From assembly GCA_965199495.1 (NCBI GenBank), contig CBDASK010000003.1, positions 4,192,001 through 4,256,000 of the forward strand: a stretch of DNA of 64,000 nucleotides, in the 5' to 3' direction. This stretch comes from Abditibacterium sp. (lineage in GTDB: Bacteria; Armatimonadota; Abditibacteriia; Abditibacteriales; Abditibacteriaceae). The position numbers and the translations under genes were made by a program. Shown piece by piece: positions 1 to 11,558 of the stretch; within the stretch, counting starts at the first letter, position 1; the number at the start of each line of letters is the position of its first letter. The notes under the pieces are model-generated. The model was not told the DNA's origin. It saw only the letters and a program-made list of their open reading frames with translations, and searched no databases.

Positions 1-670
1 TCAAAAGCGTTTCTCCAATCGTCGCATCGCCCAACTTTTCGTTTTTGGAATCGTAACCCAATGGCTCCAACAAACGGCGCGCGAGCGAATAACCGTTCGA
101 GTGCAAACCACTCGACGCCAAACCGATTAGGGCGTCGCCGACTTCGACATCGCGGCCATCAATGACGCGTGGCTTGTCCACGACGCCAACCGTAAACCCG
201 GCCAAATCGTATTCGCCGTCGGAGTAAAAACCGGGCAGTTCCGCCGTTTCGCCGCCGATCAAAGCGGCGCCCGCGTCAATGCAACCGTCGGCGATACCTT
301 TGACGACCGCTTCGGCCTGCGCGGGCGCCAATTTGCCGGTCGCGAAATAATCGAGGAAAAAGAGCGGACGCGCGCCCGAACAAATCAAATCGTTGACGCA
401 CATCGCCACCAAATCGCGCCCGACTGAATCGTGCTTATTCAGCTCGAACGCGATTTTCAGTTTGGTGCCGACGCCATCGGTCGCCGAAACCAACAAAGGC
501 TCGGAATACTGAGTGAAATCGTGTTGAAAGAGCGCGCCAAAGCTGCCCAGATTGGAGATAACTCCGTCGGTAAAAGTGCGCTTGGCGTGCGGTTTGATGC
601 GCGCGACAACTTCGTTGCCAGCTTCAATAGAAACGCCGGAATCGGCGTAAGTTGCGGGAGAATTAGTCAT
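1..670 (-). CDS. purM: Phosphoribosylformylglycinamidine cyclo-ligase (3' end outside window)
   Basis: Manual translation from ATG at 670: [18 protein letters not shown]...[12 protein letters not shown]...[10 protein letters not shown]...[16 protein letters not shown]; lies downstream of purF. Confidence 0.95.
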   Translation of the reverse strand, partial: MTNSPATYADSGVSIEAGNEVVARIKPHAKRTFTDGVISNLGSFGALFQHDFTQYSEPLLVSATDGVGTKLKIAFELNKHDSVGRDLVAMCVNDLICSGARPLFFLDYFATGKLAPAQAEAVVKGIADGCIDAGAALIGGETAELPGFYSDGEYDLAGFTVGVVDKPRVIDGRDVEVGDALIGLASSGLHSNGYSLARRLLEPLGYDSKNEKLGDATIGETLL

Positions 671-694
671 TTTACAGAGCATTTAAGTTTTCAT

Positions 695-842
695 TTTCTC
701 ACAAAGAACACAAAGTTCTCGCAAAGGATACAAAGGGAATTAAGCGATTAGAATCGAAAGATCAGGCACTTCTGTTTTCTCATTTATATTTGCTTCATTC
801 TCTTTGTCTCCTTTGTGAGAACTTTGTGTTCTTTGTGAGAAA
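695..842. repeat. Long imperfect inverted repeat (REP/MITE-like) between purF and purM
   Basis: tttctcacaaagaacacaaagttctcgcaaaggatacaaag... is matched by its reverse complement ...ctttgtctcctttgtgagaactttgtgttctttgtgagaaa. Confidence 0.8.
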
Positions 843-851
843 CTAAAACGC

Positions 852-2429
852 CTAAACGATCGCGATTTCGCGGGCCTCGGTTTCTTGCGGCGTTTCGATT
901 TCGCCTTCTTTATTTAATCGGAAACCGCCTTCGCTTTCGGGGCCGGGGTCGCCGCTCTCGAAAATCAGTTTGGTGAATTTCACGTCGTGCGGAATGTCAA
1001 TCGGATACTCGCCGTCGAAACAGGCGCGGCAAAACTTGTCTTTGGGCGCTTCGACCGCTTCCATCAAATTCTCCATCGAAATATAGGCCAACGAATCGGC
1101 GCCGTTGTATTGGCGGATGCCCTCGACATCGCGCTGAAACGCGATCAAATCTTTGCGCGCGGCGGTGTCAATGCCATAAAAACACGGCCATTGATACGGC
1201 GGACTCGAAATGCGCAAGTGAACTTCGGTCGCGCCAGCGTCGCGGATCATCTGCACGATGCGTTTGGTCGTGGTGCCGCGCACAATCGAATCTTCGACGA
1301 CAACGACGCGTTTGCCCTTCAAAACATCATCCAATGGCGAAAGTTTCATGCGCACGCCCAGTTCGCGTTGGGTTTGGTCGGGCGCGATGAAAGTGCGTTG
1401 AATGTAGCGATTTTTGATCAAGCCTTCCTGATAGGGAATGCCGCTTCCGGTCGCGTAACCGATGGCGGCGGGCAAACCCGAATCGGGCACGCCGATGACG
1501 ACATCGGCTTCGCACGGCGCCTGTTTCGCGAGCATTTCTCCCATGCGGCGGCGCGTGGCATGAACGCCTTTGCCCATTAACTGTGAATCGGGCCGCGCCA
1601 AGTAAATGAACTCGAAAATGCACAGCGCCTCGCGCTTGGCGTGGCCGGGCGCGTCGCCCTTGAAGTGAACCGATTCGACGCCCTCGGCGCCAATGAACAA
1701 AATTTCGCCCGGCTCGACTTCGCGCACGAACTCGGCGCCGACTGGCCCCAATGCGCAAGTTTCCGACGCCACAACCCAGCCTTCGCCATCGGTCAGTTTG
1801 CCCAGACAAAGCGGGCGCAAACCGTTGGGATCGCGCATCGCGATGAGACCATCGCGCGTCATCATTACCAGAGAATAGGCGCCCGAAACGCGCTCCATCA
1901 TCTTAATCAGCGCTTCTTCCAATGGCAATTCGGCGCCCGCTTCGATGAGTTTGGCCAACACTTCGGTGTCCATCGTCGTCGCGAAGTGCGCGCCGTCGCG
2001 CTCCAACGCCTCGCGCAGTTCGCGCGCGTTGACCAAGTTGCCGTTGTGCGCGAGGGCCAAAACGCCGTCGCTGCTCTGGCAAATCATCGGCTGCGAGTTG
2101 CACGCCTGCGAACCGCCGGTCGTCGAATAGCGATTGTGGCCGACGGCGATGTCGCCGGGCAGAGCGACCAGATTTTCTTCGTTGAAAATTTGCGTGACCA
2201 AACCCATATCGCAGTGAACGCGGATTTTTTCGCCATCGGAAACCGCGATGCCCGCGCTTTCCTGACCGCGATGTTGCAGCGCGAAAATGCCGAAGAAGGT
2301 GCGCCGCGCCACATCCACGCCGGGCGCGTAGATGCCGAAAACGCCGCACTCTTCCTGCGGACGGTCGGTGTCGCGCAGTTCGTCGTAATCGCCGAGGAAA
2401 TCGGGGTTTTGAAATTCGGAAGTCGTCAT
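852..2429 (-). CDS. purF: Amidophosphoribosyltransferase
   Basis: EECGVFG propeptide/N-terminal Cys, QHRGQESAG, HNRYSTTG, HNGNLVN, VVVEDSIVRGTT PRPP motif; ATG 2429 preferred over GTG 2462. Confidence 0.97.
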   Translation of the reverse strand: MTTSEFQNPDFLGDYDELRDTDRPQEECGVFGIYAPGVDVARRTFFGIFALQHRGQESAGIAVSDGEKIRVHCDMGLVTQIFNEENLVALPGDIAVGHNRYSTTGGSQACNSQPMICQSSDGVLALAHNGNLVNARELREALERDGAHFATTMDTEVLAKLIEAGAELPLEEALIKMMERVSGAYSLVMMTRDGLIAMRDPNGLRPLCLGKLTDGEGWVVASETCALGPVGAEFVREVEPGEILFIGAEGVESVHFKGDAPGHAKREALCIFEFIYLARPDSQLMGKGVHATRRRMGEMLAKQAPCEADVVIGVPDSGLPAAIGYATGSGIPYQEGLIKNRYIQRTFIAPDQTQRELGVRMKLSPLDDVLKGKRVVVVEDSIVRGTTTKRIVQMIRDAGATEVHLRISSPPYQWPCFYGIDTAARKDLIAFQRDVEGIRQYNGADSLAYISMENLMEAVEAPKDKFCRACFDGEYPIDIPHDVKFTKLIFESGDPGPESEGGFRLNKEGEIETPQETEAREIAIV

Positions 2430-2605
2430 GGGGAAAGCGGGGTTGGAGGCGCGTGCGGACACATGAAAAACGGCCTCCGCAGGGTGAGCGGGGCCGTGAT
2501 GGATTTTTTGGGGTTGGAAGCGTGAGAACGCATGGCGGACAAACCTCCGGTTGCAAAGGAACGACTTTATTTTAACGCGAGATTAAGGTTTGGGGCAAGG
2601 GCACG

Positions 2606-4330
2606 TTAATTCTCGTCTTGCGATTTTTTGTCGGTGGAACGGAGCGATACATCGCGCAAAACCAGATTTTTTTCCGGGCCGCTCCACACGCGCTGAAAAA
2701 GCTGGAAGTTGCCGCCAAACTTTCGGCTGCTCTCATCGGGCGGCGACAAAATCATCGTAATTCGATCTTTTTCGTGTCCTTTCTCTGCTGGATCGCCCTC
2801 GTCGAAAGTGCTGCTCGAATTGTCAATTACGCCTTTTTCGTCATAAAAAATTTGTCGCTTCAGTTGCATATCATCTTGCGCCAAATATGCGCCGGGCGCC
2901 AAATCGAATGTCAGCATCAATGCTGCGCCGCCCGAAAACCGTAGATCGTCCTTCAAACTTTCATCGTCAATCCAGATGATGCGGCGCAAATACCAAACGC
3001 CATCGAAAATTTCTTTCGGCCCAAATTCAATCATATCGTTGCGTTTGGGCAACGGCACGAGCGGCAAAACGTGCGCGCTTAGAATGGTGCGCGCACGTTG
3101 CGCAGTTACGGTTACATCGGCTTTATCGGTCAGATTTTCGGGGCGACGAAGCGAGAATGACGACGAGGTTTCGCTCGCGTCCGTCAGCGAATTATCCGTG
3201 TGAAATACGCTATGCCAACCCCACGTTGATCCAAACAAATCGCGTGGTTGCCCATCTTTTTGCAATAACGTCGCATCTTTAGCTTTGAACGTCCAGATTT
3301 GGCCATCGGGCGCGGGCGCCAAATCGCGTAGCCAGAGCCGGACTTGCGGTTTCCCCTCAGGCTCCGAATCCCGCATTTCCCAGCTCGCCTCGAACGATTC
3401 GTTGCGCGCTTTCACCGCAGTCACGGCGGGCTGGTGAACTGACAAAGGCGCCATTTTCCACAACGCCGCGACGGGAATCTCGAACGAGACGCGCTGCGAC
3501 GCATCGTTGGCGCGCCAGCGCCGCGTGCTTTCGATCAGCTCGAATGTATAAGCCACACTGCGCGCCTCGTTTGGCACGTTGAGCAATTCAATCTCGATTT
3601 CGCCATTTCTGTCGGCATCAATGGAGGAGGTTGTTTCTTCGCCGATATTTTTGCCGCCAGCGCCCAAGTAATTTGCACGCACGTTCTCAAAATTTGCCTT
3701 AACTTCAGGCGCGTCAGTCGGAGGTAAAAATTTCCAATAGGCGACTAACTTCGAGCCAAGGCCAAACTTTTTGCGCGTCAGTTTTTCCAAACGCAATTGC
3801 GAACCCCGCACGGTTTTAAATTCGATGGGAAGTTGAATGATCGTTTCTTCGCCGTCGTTAGAAGGAATCGGCGGCAACTCCGTTATCTGAAACTTGCGGT
3901 GAGACAAGGCGCGGCCCGTGGCTGCAATCGGGCGCGCGGGATCGCGAATCTCAAACTCGGCGCTCACGTTTTTCCATAACGGCGAAACTTCGCTTGAATA
4001 GAGCCGTTTGCCTTGATGGTCGGTGTTCAGCAATGGCGTCCCATCGGGTGCGAATAAGCTAATTAAATCCACCGATTTGTTGAGGGTTTCTGCGTCCCAT
4101 TTCCCCGTGGGCGCAGTGACATCGTAAGAGAAGTAAAAACTACCGTCGCCTCTGACTTCGCCAAATCCGGCGTCGGTGATTTGCAATTGCAGACCGTTCA
4201 CTTCGCGCGCGGGTGGCAACAGCGCGGCGACTTTGGAAATGGGCGCCGCTTCTTGCGCATGGGTGACGCCACAAAAAATGAACAAAGCACCTACCGCAAT
4301 GGCGGCGCGCGAAATAGGAAAAGAAAACAT
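2606..4330 (-). CDS. Secreted hypothetical protein
   Basis: Long ORF with signal-peptide-like N-terminus (MFSFPISRAAIAVGALFIFCGVTHA). Confidence 0.7.
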   Translation of the reverse strand: MFSFPISRAAIAVGALFIFCGVTHAQEAAPISKVAALLPPAREVNGLQLQITDAGFGEVRGDGSFYFSYDVTAPTGKWDAETLNKSVDLISLFAPDGTPLLNTDHQGKRLYSSEVSPLWKNVSAEFEIRDPARPIAATGRALSHRKFQITELPPIPSNDGEETIIQLPIEFKTVRGSQLRLEKLTRKKFGLGSKLVAYWKFLPPTDAPEVKANFENVRANYLGAGGKNIGEETTSSIDADRNGEIEIELLNVPNEARSVAYTFELIESTRRWRANDASQRVSFEIPVAALWKMAPLSVHQPAVTAVKARNESFEASWEMRDSEPEGKPQVRLWLRDLAPAPDGQIWTFKAKDATLLQKDGQPRDLFGSTWGWHSVFHTDNSLTDASETSSSFSLRRPENLTDKADVTVTAQRARTILSAHVLPLVPLPKRNDMIEFGPKEIFDGVWYLRRIIWIDDESLKDDLRFSGGAALMLTFDLAPGAYLAQDDMQLKRQIFYDEKGVIDNSSSTFDEGDPAEKGHEKDRITMILSPPDESSRKFGGNFQLFQRVWSGPEKNLVLRDVSLRSTDKKSQDEN

Positions 4331-4358
4331 AGAGAAATATCGCTGACTATTGACACAA

Positions 4359-5039
4359 TTATTCGACGTCAGTTGCCGCGTATTCAACTTGCAAAAAGCC
4401 CAATCGCGCCGCGTCCTCAATCAACGTTTCACAATATGTCCGCAGAGCGGGCGCGCTTTCCAACGCGGGCAAATTTAGTTCGCGCACTTGATCGGTGCGA
4501 ATGCTATGTTCTTTCCATGCGCGCCCGCCCGTCGTGAAATTGAGCAGAATCGGTAGCAGCCGATCTAATCCGCGCACGAACTTCGCTTCGGGCGTTTGCA
4601 GCGACTCGAACTCGTCCCAACGCGCGCGAAATTGCGCGTTTTGATCTGCGGGCAATAATCCGAAAATTTCGTCCGCCGCCTGTTGTTCGCGCGCTTCTTG
4701 CGTTTCACGGCCCGCGTTGTCGTAAACGTAGGTGTCGCCCGCGCCGATTTCGGGCAAATCGTGCAATAGCGCCAATTCCAACGCGCGTTGCAAATCGAGA
4801 TTGCGCTCGCGCGCCAACGGCTCGAATAATAAGACAGCCACGGCGAGGTGCCACGAATGTTCGGCGCTGTTTTCGTGGCGCGAGCCGTCGGAAACAAAGG
4901 TGCGCCGCTCGATGTTTTTTAGCGCATCGGCGGCGATGATGAACTTCAGGCGGCGCGCTAAATCCTCGTTCTGCGCGGGCGGAAGCGGCGTCTTGTCGGG
5001 CGCCGTGGCTGCATCAGACGCGGAGTTGGTTGGATTCAT
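4359..5039 (-). CDS. HD-domain hydrolase (YfbR/HDDC2-like 5'-deoxynucleotidase)
   Basis: ENSAEHSWH, ALLHDLPEIGAGD, EAKFVRGLDRL motifs. Confidence 0.85.
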   Translation of the reverse strand: MNPTNSASDAATAPDKTPLPPAQNEDLARRLKFIIAADALKNIERRTFVSDGSRHENSAEHSWHLAVAVLLFEPLARERNLDLQRALELALLHDLPEIGAGDTYVYDNAGRETQEAREQQAADEIFGLLPADQNAQFRARWDEFESLQTPEAKFVRGLDRLLPILLNFTTGGRAWKEHSIRTDQVRELNLPALESAPALRTYCETLIEDAARLGFLQVEYAATDVE

Positions 5040-5109
5040 TGTCGAATTGTTTTGGATTTGCGGTTTTTTATTCAGAACGTAGAATCTCGTTGAAAGATGA
5101 AGCCCGATT

Positions 5110-7125
5110 TCACGGCGCGACCGTGTTGGGCAACGTCCGCGCCACAACCCACTGACAACTGTCGCTCAACACTTTTCCGTTCTGTGTCGCGCTGACTTCG
5201 ATGAGGTTCGCGCCGTTTTTTAGTTCAACTTTATCCCAGCGAAAGACTTTGACTTCGTCCGGTTTGGCGGTGCCAATGACGACGCCGTTGACTTTCAATT
5301 CGACTTGCGAAGCCGTCGAGAAAACCTTGATTTGCGTAATTGGACGCACGCGCGGCGTCATGCGGCGGGCGGCGATATAAATCATCGGTTCGGGATTCCA
5401 ATTGGCCTTGTAGAAGTAGAACGAATCTTTGCCGACGGCGCGGTCATCGGTCACCAAACCTTTATCGTTGATGTGCGGACGGTCGCCTTCGTCGCGGCCT
5501 TGCACGGCGAAATCGGACATATTCCACACGAAACTGCCCCAGATTTTTGGATTATTCTGGATCGCTGCCCAGGCTTCCTGGTGAACGAAAGTTTGCCATT
5601 CTTCGGGGTGAAATTCGCCGCGCGTTTCCACGGGCGCCAAGTCGCCTTCTTGATGCTGCACAACGCTGGCGCCCGCGCCATATTCGCTGAGCGCTATGGG
5701 TTTCCCGTCCATCTTTTGGGAATCGCCATCAATTGTTTTCGCGTAATCGCCGGGCTTGCCGCCATACCAACCCGGATACATATTGAAACCGATGACATCG
5801 GGCGCATGGTTGAGCGCCGTTAATTCGGAATGATTGGACGCGCCCGTCGTCGAGCGCGAACTATCCAACGTGTGCGCCAACTGATTCAAACTTTCGATGA
5901 GCGGAACTCCGTTCAAGTTCCCCTGTTCGTTGAACAAACCCCACACGAAAATCGAGGGATGATTGCCCGTTTGCTTGATCATTTCAGTCAACTGCAAACG
6001 CGCGTTTTCGGCGAAGTGTGGCGTTTGCTCGGTGGAGTTGACGAGAGGGATTTCTTCCCACAGCATCAAGCCGTCGCGGTCGGCGCCGTCGAGAAAAACG
6101 TGGCTTTGCGGATAGTGCGCCAGCCGCACCGCCGTCGCGCCAATTTCCTTAATCAATTGTAAATCGCGCTCATGGTCGGCGGGCGTTAGCGCCCAGCCTT
6201 TGCCCTTCCAATCCTGATGGCGATTGACGCCGTGAAGCGGATAGAGCGCACCGTTGAGCCGAAATTTGCCGTCGGCGCCAAACGCAACCGTGCGCACGCC
6301 CAACTTTTCTTCGACCGTGTCGGCAGCCACGGCGCCGACGCTGACCTGCACGCGATACAAATACGGATCGGTTTTGCCTTGCCACAAATGCGCGTTGGGA
6401 ATCGTCAACGTCTGCGCGACCGGCGTCGAAGCGTTGGCCGTGGCTGTCGCGTTGGCCATAGAATTGGCGACGCTTTTGTTGTTCGCATCGAGAATCGCAA
6501 CGCGAACCGGCACCTGAGCATTGGTTTTGCCGCCGTTAGAAAGCAGCGTTGTCACTTCGATTTGGGCGTTTGCGCCGTTCATTTTCTGCGCCAGAGAAAC
6601 GCCCGACGAACCGAAATCGAGCGGCGAAATGCAAACCGCGTCGGTCACGATCAGATGAACCGGGCGATAAATGCCACCATCGAAATTGAAATCCGCCGAA
6701 AGTGGCGCGATACCCTGATTGGAATTATCGGCGCGCACGCGCAGTTCGTTCTGGGCGCCGATTTTCAGATTCGGCGTGAGTTCAACGCAAAACGCCGTAA
6801 AGCCGCCTTCGTGGCGTGCGACTTTTTGGCCGTTGAGATAAACGTCGGCGCTCAGCGAAACCGCCTCGAAACGCGCGAAAACGCGTTTGTTGCGCCAACT
6901 CGCGGGCGCCTCGAAGGTTTTTGCATACCAACCCGCGCCGCGCCGATAGTTATCGGCATTCCACGTATGGGGAATCGTAACGGGCGCCCAGCTTTGATCA
7001 GCCACGTCGGGCGCGGCGTCTTCGTTGAGGAAGCGCCAGCCAGCGTTCCAATCGAGATTTTGGCGTTGCGCCTGCGCGGGAATTGTGACTAATAGAAGAG
7101 CGAGAAGAAGTAGATGTTTTTTCAT
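5110..7125 (-). CDS. Glycoside hydrolase family 2 (beta-galactosidase/glucuronidase-like), secreted
   Basis: Signal peptide; GGIYRPV, HGVNRHQD, VRLAHYP, WGLFNE, LSEYGA motifs. Confidence 0.9.
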   Translation of the reverse strand: MKKHLLLLALLLVTIPAQAQRQNLDWNAGWRFLNEDAAPDVADQSWAPVTIPHTWNADNYRRGAGWYAKTFEAPASWRNKRVFARFEAVSLSADVYLNGQKVARHEGGFTAFCVELTPNLKIGAQNELRVRADNSNQGIAPLSADFNFDGGIYRPVHLIVTDAVCISPLDFGSSGVSLAQKMNGANAQIEVTTLLSNGGKTNAQVPVRVAILDANNKSVANSMANATATANASTPVAQTLTIPNAHLWQGKTDPYLYRVQVSVGAVAADTVEEKLGVRTVAFGADGKFRLNGALYPLHGVNRHQDWKGKGWALTPADHERDLQLIKEIGATAVRLAHYPQSHVFLDGADRDGLMLWEEIPLVNSTEQTPHFAENARLQLTEMIKQTGNHPSIFVWGLFNEQGNLNGVPLIESLNQLAHTLDSSRSTTGASNHSELTALNHAPDVIGFNMYPGWYGGKPGDYAKTIDGDSQKMDGKPIALSEYGAGASVVQHQEGDLAPVETRGEFHPEEWQTFVHQEAWAAIQNNPKIWGSFVWNMSDFAVQGRDEGDRPHINDKGLVTDDRAVGKDSFYFYKANWNPEPMIYIAARRMTPRVRPITQIKVFSTASQVELKVNGVVIGTAKPDEVKVFRWDKVELKNGANLIEVSATQNGKVLSDSCQWVVARTLPNTVAP

Positions 7126-7140
7126 ATTAAGGGTTGCTCT

Positions 7141-7237
7141 CGTAGAGACACCGATTTATCGCGTCTAAAACGTGGATGAACTCGTTGAGTCTGCAGCAAT
7201 TTCTACGTTTTACACACGATAAATCGGCGTCTCTACG
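7141..7237. repeat. GTAG-type REP doublet (REPIN-like inverted repeat)
   Basis: cgtagagacaccgatttatcgcgtctaaaacgt (7141-7173) and inverted copy at 7205-7237, 3 mismatches in 33 bp. Confidence 0.75.
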
Positions 7238-7584
7238 GAGATTTAACTCCGAATTTCACCGGTTCTAACTTCGGCGACATCAACTGCAAACTCCGACGGC
7301 GGCGACATAAGCGAAGCCGCAAACCAAGACAATAAGTTGGGAGATGAAATGGGACAGGAATATTGTAACATCACCCAAGTTTTGAGAGTTGCACTAATTC
7401 GGGCGCGTTTTGCGACGCTCGAATTAGCTGTTTAAGACTTTTATTCGTTTTGCGGGGTTGACCTCTTGGCCCCAAATGGTAATCTTTTCCCCGGCGGAGA
7501 ACTTCTACTCTTCGCCTCTTACGCCTCTGGTGCTCGCAATTGTTTGAGCCACTCCCGGAGACCGCAAGCAAGCAAAGTGATTCT

Positions 7585-8703
7585 ATGGCTATCCGCATTT
7601 TTTCTTCGACCCCCAAATCAAACTCCGCCGATTGGACGCGCTCTTTCCGTCCCACGAGCGCCCAGCGCTGCGGCCAACTCACGATTTGGACGATGACCGC
7701 CTGTGCGCTGTTGTTGCCCGTGGCTTTCACCCAGAAAACCGAAGCCGAAACGGCCACGGCGCCCATCGTTTTGCCCTCGCAAAACGCGTCCCTCAACTCT
7801 CTCTCCACGCCGTTGCCGCCGGCTCCCGGCACCGTCGTTCCCGATAAAGCTCCTTTGAACGTGGCCGCGCCCCAAACGGCGACTTTGACCGCGATTGTTT
7901 CCGGCCAGACCCAGAGCGGAAACGTAACTCCCGAAAACGGCTTAACCGTCGGCGCGGCGTTGTCCCAATTGGGCATCACGCTGGCTTCGAGCGACAGAGC
8001 CACGCCCGATGCCTCCGAAACTTTTCGTTCTGGCATGACCGTGCGCGTGACGCGCGTTTCCATCAAAACCCAGACGCGCCGCGAATCCATCTCCGCCGAA
8101 GTGCGCTATCAACCCACGACCGCAATCAAAGCGGGCACCAGCCAAATTACCCAATATCCGCAGGCGGGCTACAAGGAAATCGTCGAGAAGGTTTGGACCA
8201 AAGACGGCAAAGAAACGCTGCGCAAAGAAATTTCTCGCAGCGTCGGGCGCGCGCCGCAACCCAAAATTATCGCGCTGGGCGTCACTTCGCGTTTCATGCC
8301 CGCCGCCATCGCGCCGCACAAGCGTTATGCTAACGCGCTTTCCTATCGCGGCGGCGGCCCGCGCGACCGTATGTTGGCTAATCGCGCCGAGGGCAAAAAG
8401 CCACTTTTGCGCGTCGCTCGCAAACTGACGATGCTCACCACCGGCTACAACGGCGCCGAAGCGGGCGGCGGCGGCGCGCGCACCGCGACCGGAATGCGCG
8501 TCGGCTATGGCGCCGTGGCTGTTGATCCGCGCGTGATTCCGCTCGGCTCCAAACTCTACATCGAAGGCTACGGCTATGGTTTCGCCTGCGATACCGGCGG
8601 CGCGATCAAGGGCAACCACATTGACCTCGCTTTCAATTCGGTGCGTCAGGCCAACGACCACGGTAAACAGCGCGGTGTCGCGGTTTACGTGTTGAGCGAT
8701 TAA
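7585..8703 (+). CDS. G5 + 3D domain cell-wall protein (YabE-like)
   Basis: VAVDPRVIPLGSKLYIEGYG and DTGGAIKGNHIDL 3D motifs; G5-like middle region; N-terminal hydrophobic segment. Confidence 0.88.
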   Translation: MAIRIFSSTPKSNSADWTRSFRPTSAQRCGQLTIWTMTACALLLPVAFTQKTEAETATAPIVLPSQNASLNSLSTPLPPAPGTVVPDKAPLNVAAPQTATLTAIVSGQTQSGNVTPENGLTVGAALSQLGITLASSDRATPDASETFRSGMTVRVTRVSIKTQTRRESISAEVRYQPTTAIKAGTSQITQYPQAGYKEIVEKVWTKDGKETLRKEISRSVGRAPQPKIIALGVTSRFMPAAIAPHKRYANALSYRGGGPRDRMLANRAEGKKPLLRVARKLTMLTTGYNGAEAGGGGARTATGMRVGYGAVAVDPRVIPLGSKLYIEGYGYGFACDTGGAIKGNHIDLAFNSVRQANDHGKQRGVAVYVLSD

Positions 8704-8803
8704 TCGTATAATCAGGTAAAATTAATGGGCACGCGGAGCAAATTTCCGCGTGCCCATCGTTTATTTTTGGCGCCTTTTTTGCAAAAGTCGCGTGGACTTT
8801 ATA

Positions 8804-9916
8804 ATGATCAAATCTCCCCTTTTTTTGGTAGGCGCCGCGCTGTTGACGGGCGCCGCCGCTCACGCCGATGTCGCGTGGCAACACACCGGGCGCGTTTCGA
8901 TGGGTTCGGGCCAATCCGCCCAAACGCTGCTGAAATTCGATTTCAACAATCAGTGGAGCGGCGCCAACCATCGCACTTTTCTCAAATATGACGCGACTGG
9001 CATAAACAACGATTCGGCGGAGATGGGTAGTCCAACGATGGCCGCCGAAAAAATGGCCAAGGGCGAACTGACTTTTATTGAACGCTTGGACGACGACCGT
9101 TTGATCGTCGCGATTCCCGGCGCCGAAAGTTATATTGATGAGCCTTACTCCACGCTCAAAGAACGCACGCGGTTGAACATCTGGGAAGGTTTGGATTCGA
9201 CGCTGGGCAACGGCCCGGTTCCCGAACTCAACAACGAACAGCGCGAGCGTTTGGGCCACGAAATCCGCGCTTCGCTGTCGCCGTTCACGCAGCGCCTGAC
9301 GCGCCTTTATTTTCGTGCTTTGCCCAAACGTCGCACCATCAAAGGTTTGGATTGTCGCGGCTATCGGTTGAGCTTTTTGGTCAATACCAGTGGCAAAGCC
9401 AAAGGCGGCGATTGGATGCGGATGAACGCCGAATGGTGGCTGGCCGACCAACTGCCGGGCGATCAGGAAATTCTGGACTTCACTCAGCGCGCCAACAAAA
9501 TTAAGGACGACGGTGGCCCGGCCTCGCAGTCCATGTGGATCAACGAATATTTCCCGGTTTTGTGGCAAGTCGCGCCGCCCGAATTGCATCAGGCGTTGCG
9601 CAGTATCGTTGGTTACGAGGGCAATTCGGATTACGGTTTTCAGGGCACGCCCGTGCAATTTTTCGTGACAGTGCAGGAACCCAAAGCGCCGAGCATGATG
9701 CCAATGATGAACGGCGAATCCATTCGTTTCGCGCTCGAACTGAAAGATCGCTCGACCGATGCGGTCGCGCCCGCGATTTTTGATGCGCCCAAAAAGTTGA
9801 AGAAACAACCGATTGAGCCGTTCTTGCAGATGACGAGAAATTACGTCAAGCAAGCGCGCGAGAAAATGGAGAAAGAACTGGACAAAGAGTTCGGCCCCAA
9901 ACAGGTCATGCGCTAA
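8804..9916 (+). CDS. Secreted hypothetical protein
   Basis: Signal peptide MIKSPLFLVGAALLTGAAAHA; long ORF. Confidence 0.7.
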   Translation: MIKSPLFLVGAALLTGAAAHADVAWQHTGRVSMGSGQSAQTLLKFDFNNQWSGANHRTFLKYDATGINNDSAEMGSPTMAAEKMAKGELTFIERLDDDRLIVAIPGAESYIDEPYSTLKERTRLNIWEGLDSTLGNGPVPELNNEQRERLGHEIRASLSPFTQRLTRLYFRALPKRRTIKGLDCRGYRLSFLVNTSGKAKGGDWMRMNAEWWLADQLPGDQEILDFTQRANKIKDDGGPASQSMWINEYFPVLWQVAPPELHQALRSIVGYEGNSDYGFQGTPVQFFVTVQEPKAPSMMPMMNGESIRFALELKDRSTDAVAPAIFDAPKKLKKQPIEPFLQMTRNYVKQAREKMEKELDKEFGPKQVMR

Positions 9917-10026
9917 AATCTAAGCGCCGTCGAACTGCTATTTTCGATGCGCGCTTTAGTCGGGTCGCGCATCCGTGTTAAAATATAAAGGCGTCCACGC
10001 CAAGCGTGGGCGCCTTTAATTTCGCC

Positions 10027-11307
10027 ATGAATTTCGATTTGCCCCATATTTCCGCGTTCGATCCCGAAGTCGCGGACGCCATGAAAAGCGAACTCAACCG
10101 CCAGCGCAACACGCTGGAAATGATCGCTTCCGAGAACTTCACTTCGCCCGCCGTTTTGGAAGCGCAGGGCAGCGTCTTGACCAACAAATACGCCGAAGGT
10201 TATCCGGCCAAACGTTATTACGGCGGCTGCGAATTCGTGGATGTCGTCGAAAATTTGGCCATCGAGCGCGCCAAAAGGTTGTTCGGCGCCGAACACGCCA
10301 ACGTGCAGCCGCACGCCGGAAGCCAGGCCAACGCGGGCGTTTATCTGGCGATGTTGCAGCCGGGCGACACGATTTTGGGCATGAACCTCGCGGCGGGCGG
10401 ACACCTGACGCACGGCCACAAAATGAGCTTCAGCGGCAAAATTTATAACGCCGTGGCCTACGGATTGAATAAAGAAACCGAGTTAATTGATTACGACGAA
10501 GTGCGCGCTCTGGCGCTGGAACATCGCCCGAAAATGTTGATCGCCGGGTTTTCGGCGTATCCGCGCACCATTGACTGGGCCAAATTCCGCGAAATCGCCG
10601 ATGAAGTCGGCGCCTATTTCATGGTGGACATGGCGCACGTCGCCGGTTTGGTGGCGACGGGCGAGTATCCGTCGCCGGTTCCGCACGCCGATTTCGTGAC
10701 GACGACGACTCACAAAACCTTGCGCGGCCCGCGTTCGGGCTTGATTTTGTGTCGCGCCCAATTCGCCGAAGCGATTGACAAAGCGATCATGCCGGGCATT
10801 CAGGGCGGCCCGCTCATGCACGCCGTGGCTGGTAAGGCCGTCTGCTTCGCCGAAGCGATGACCGATGGTTTCAAAACCTACACGCGGCAAATTCGCGCCA
10901 ACGCCGACGTTTTGGCGGCTGGCCTCATCGAAGGCGGTCTGCGTTTGGTGACCGGCGGCACCGAAAACCATTTGATGTTGGTGGATTTAACGCCCGCCGA
11001 CATCACCGGCAAAGACGGCGAACATCTGCTGGAATCCATCGGCGTGACCTGCAACAAAAACCAGATTCCCTTCGATCCACGCAGCCCGTTCGTAACCAGC
11101 GGCGTCCGTCTGGGCACGCCCGCACTGACCAGTCGCGGCATGAAAGAGCCGGAGTTCGTGGAAATTGCCGAGATTATCACCACGGCGTTCAAAGTGCGCG
11201 ACAATGAAGCCGAATTGGACAAACTGCGCGAACGCGTCGCCGATTTGTGCAACCGCTTTCCGCTCTACGAAAGCGGCTCAACGTTGTATGGTTCGCCAGT
11301 GAAATAA
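10027..11307 (+). CDS. glyA: Serine hydroxymethyltransferase
   Basis: [35 protein letters not shown] (PLP lysine). Confidence 0.98.
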   Translation: MNFDLPHISAFDPEVADAMKSELNRQRNTLEMIASENFTSPAVLEAQGSVLTNKYAEGYPAKRYYGGCEFVDVVENLAIERAKRLFGAEHANVQPHAGSQANAGVYLAMLQPGDTILGMNLAAGGHLTHGHKMSFSGKIYNAVAYGLNKETELIDYDEVRALALEHRPKMLIAGFSAYPRTIDWAKFREIADEVGAYFMVDMAHVAGLVATGEYPSPVPHADFVTTTTHKTLRGPRSGLILCRAQFAEAIDKAIMPGIQGGPLMHAVAGKAVCFAEAMTDGFKTYTRQIRANADVLAAGLIEGGLRLVTGGTENHLMLVDLTPADITGKDGEHLLESIGVTCNKNQIPFDPRSPFVTSGVRLGTPALTSRGMKEPEFVEIAEIITTAFKVRDNEAELDKLRERVADLCNRFPLYESGSTLYGSPVK

Positions 11308-11321
11308 AACGAAAAAGCCCC

Positions 11322-11558
11322 ACTAATTTACTCATCTTAGGCGGTCGGAGTATGGTAGCGGATTTAAATGCGCACATTTGTCATTCTGAGCGTAGAGAGG
11401 AACGAACGAAGTCGAAGAATCCATGACGTAGAATTTGTGATGAACGTCAAACTTCGTCGCAACCGGTGGATTCTTCGACTTCGTTCGTTCCTCTCTACGC
11501 TCAGAATGACAAAGCAAGGTGTTACCATACTCCAACCGCGTAAGGTGAGTAAATTAGT
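11322..11558. repeat. Nested inverted repeats (outer 38-bp imperfect arms; inner 47-bp perfect arms)
   Basis: Outer arms 11322-11359 and 11521-11558; inner arms 11377-11423 and 11467-11513, beginning tttgtcattctgagcg. Confidence 0.9.
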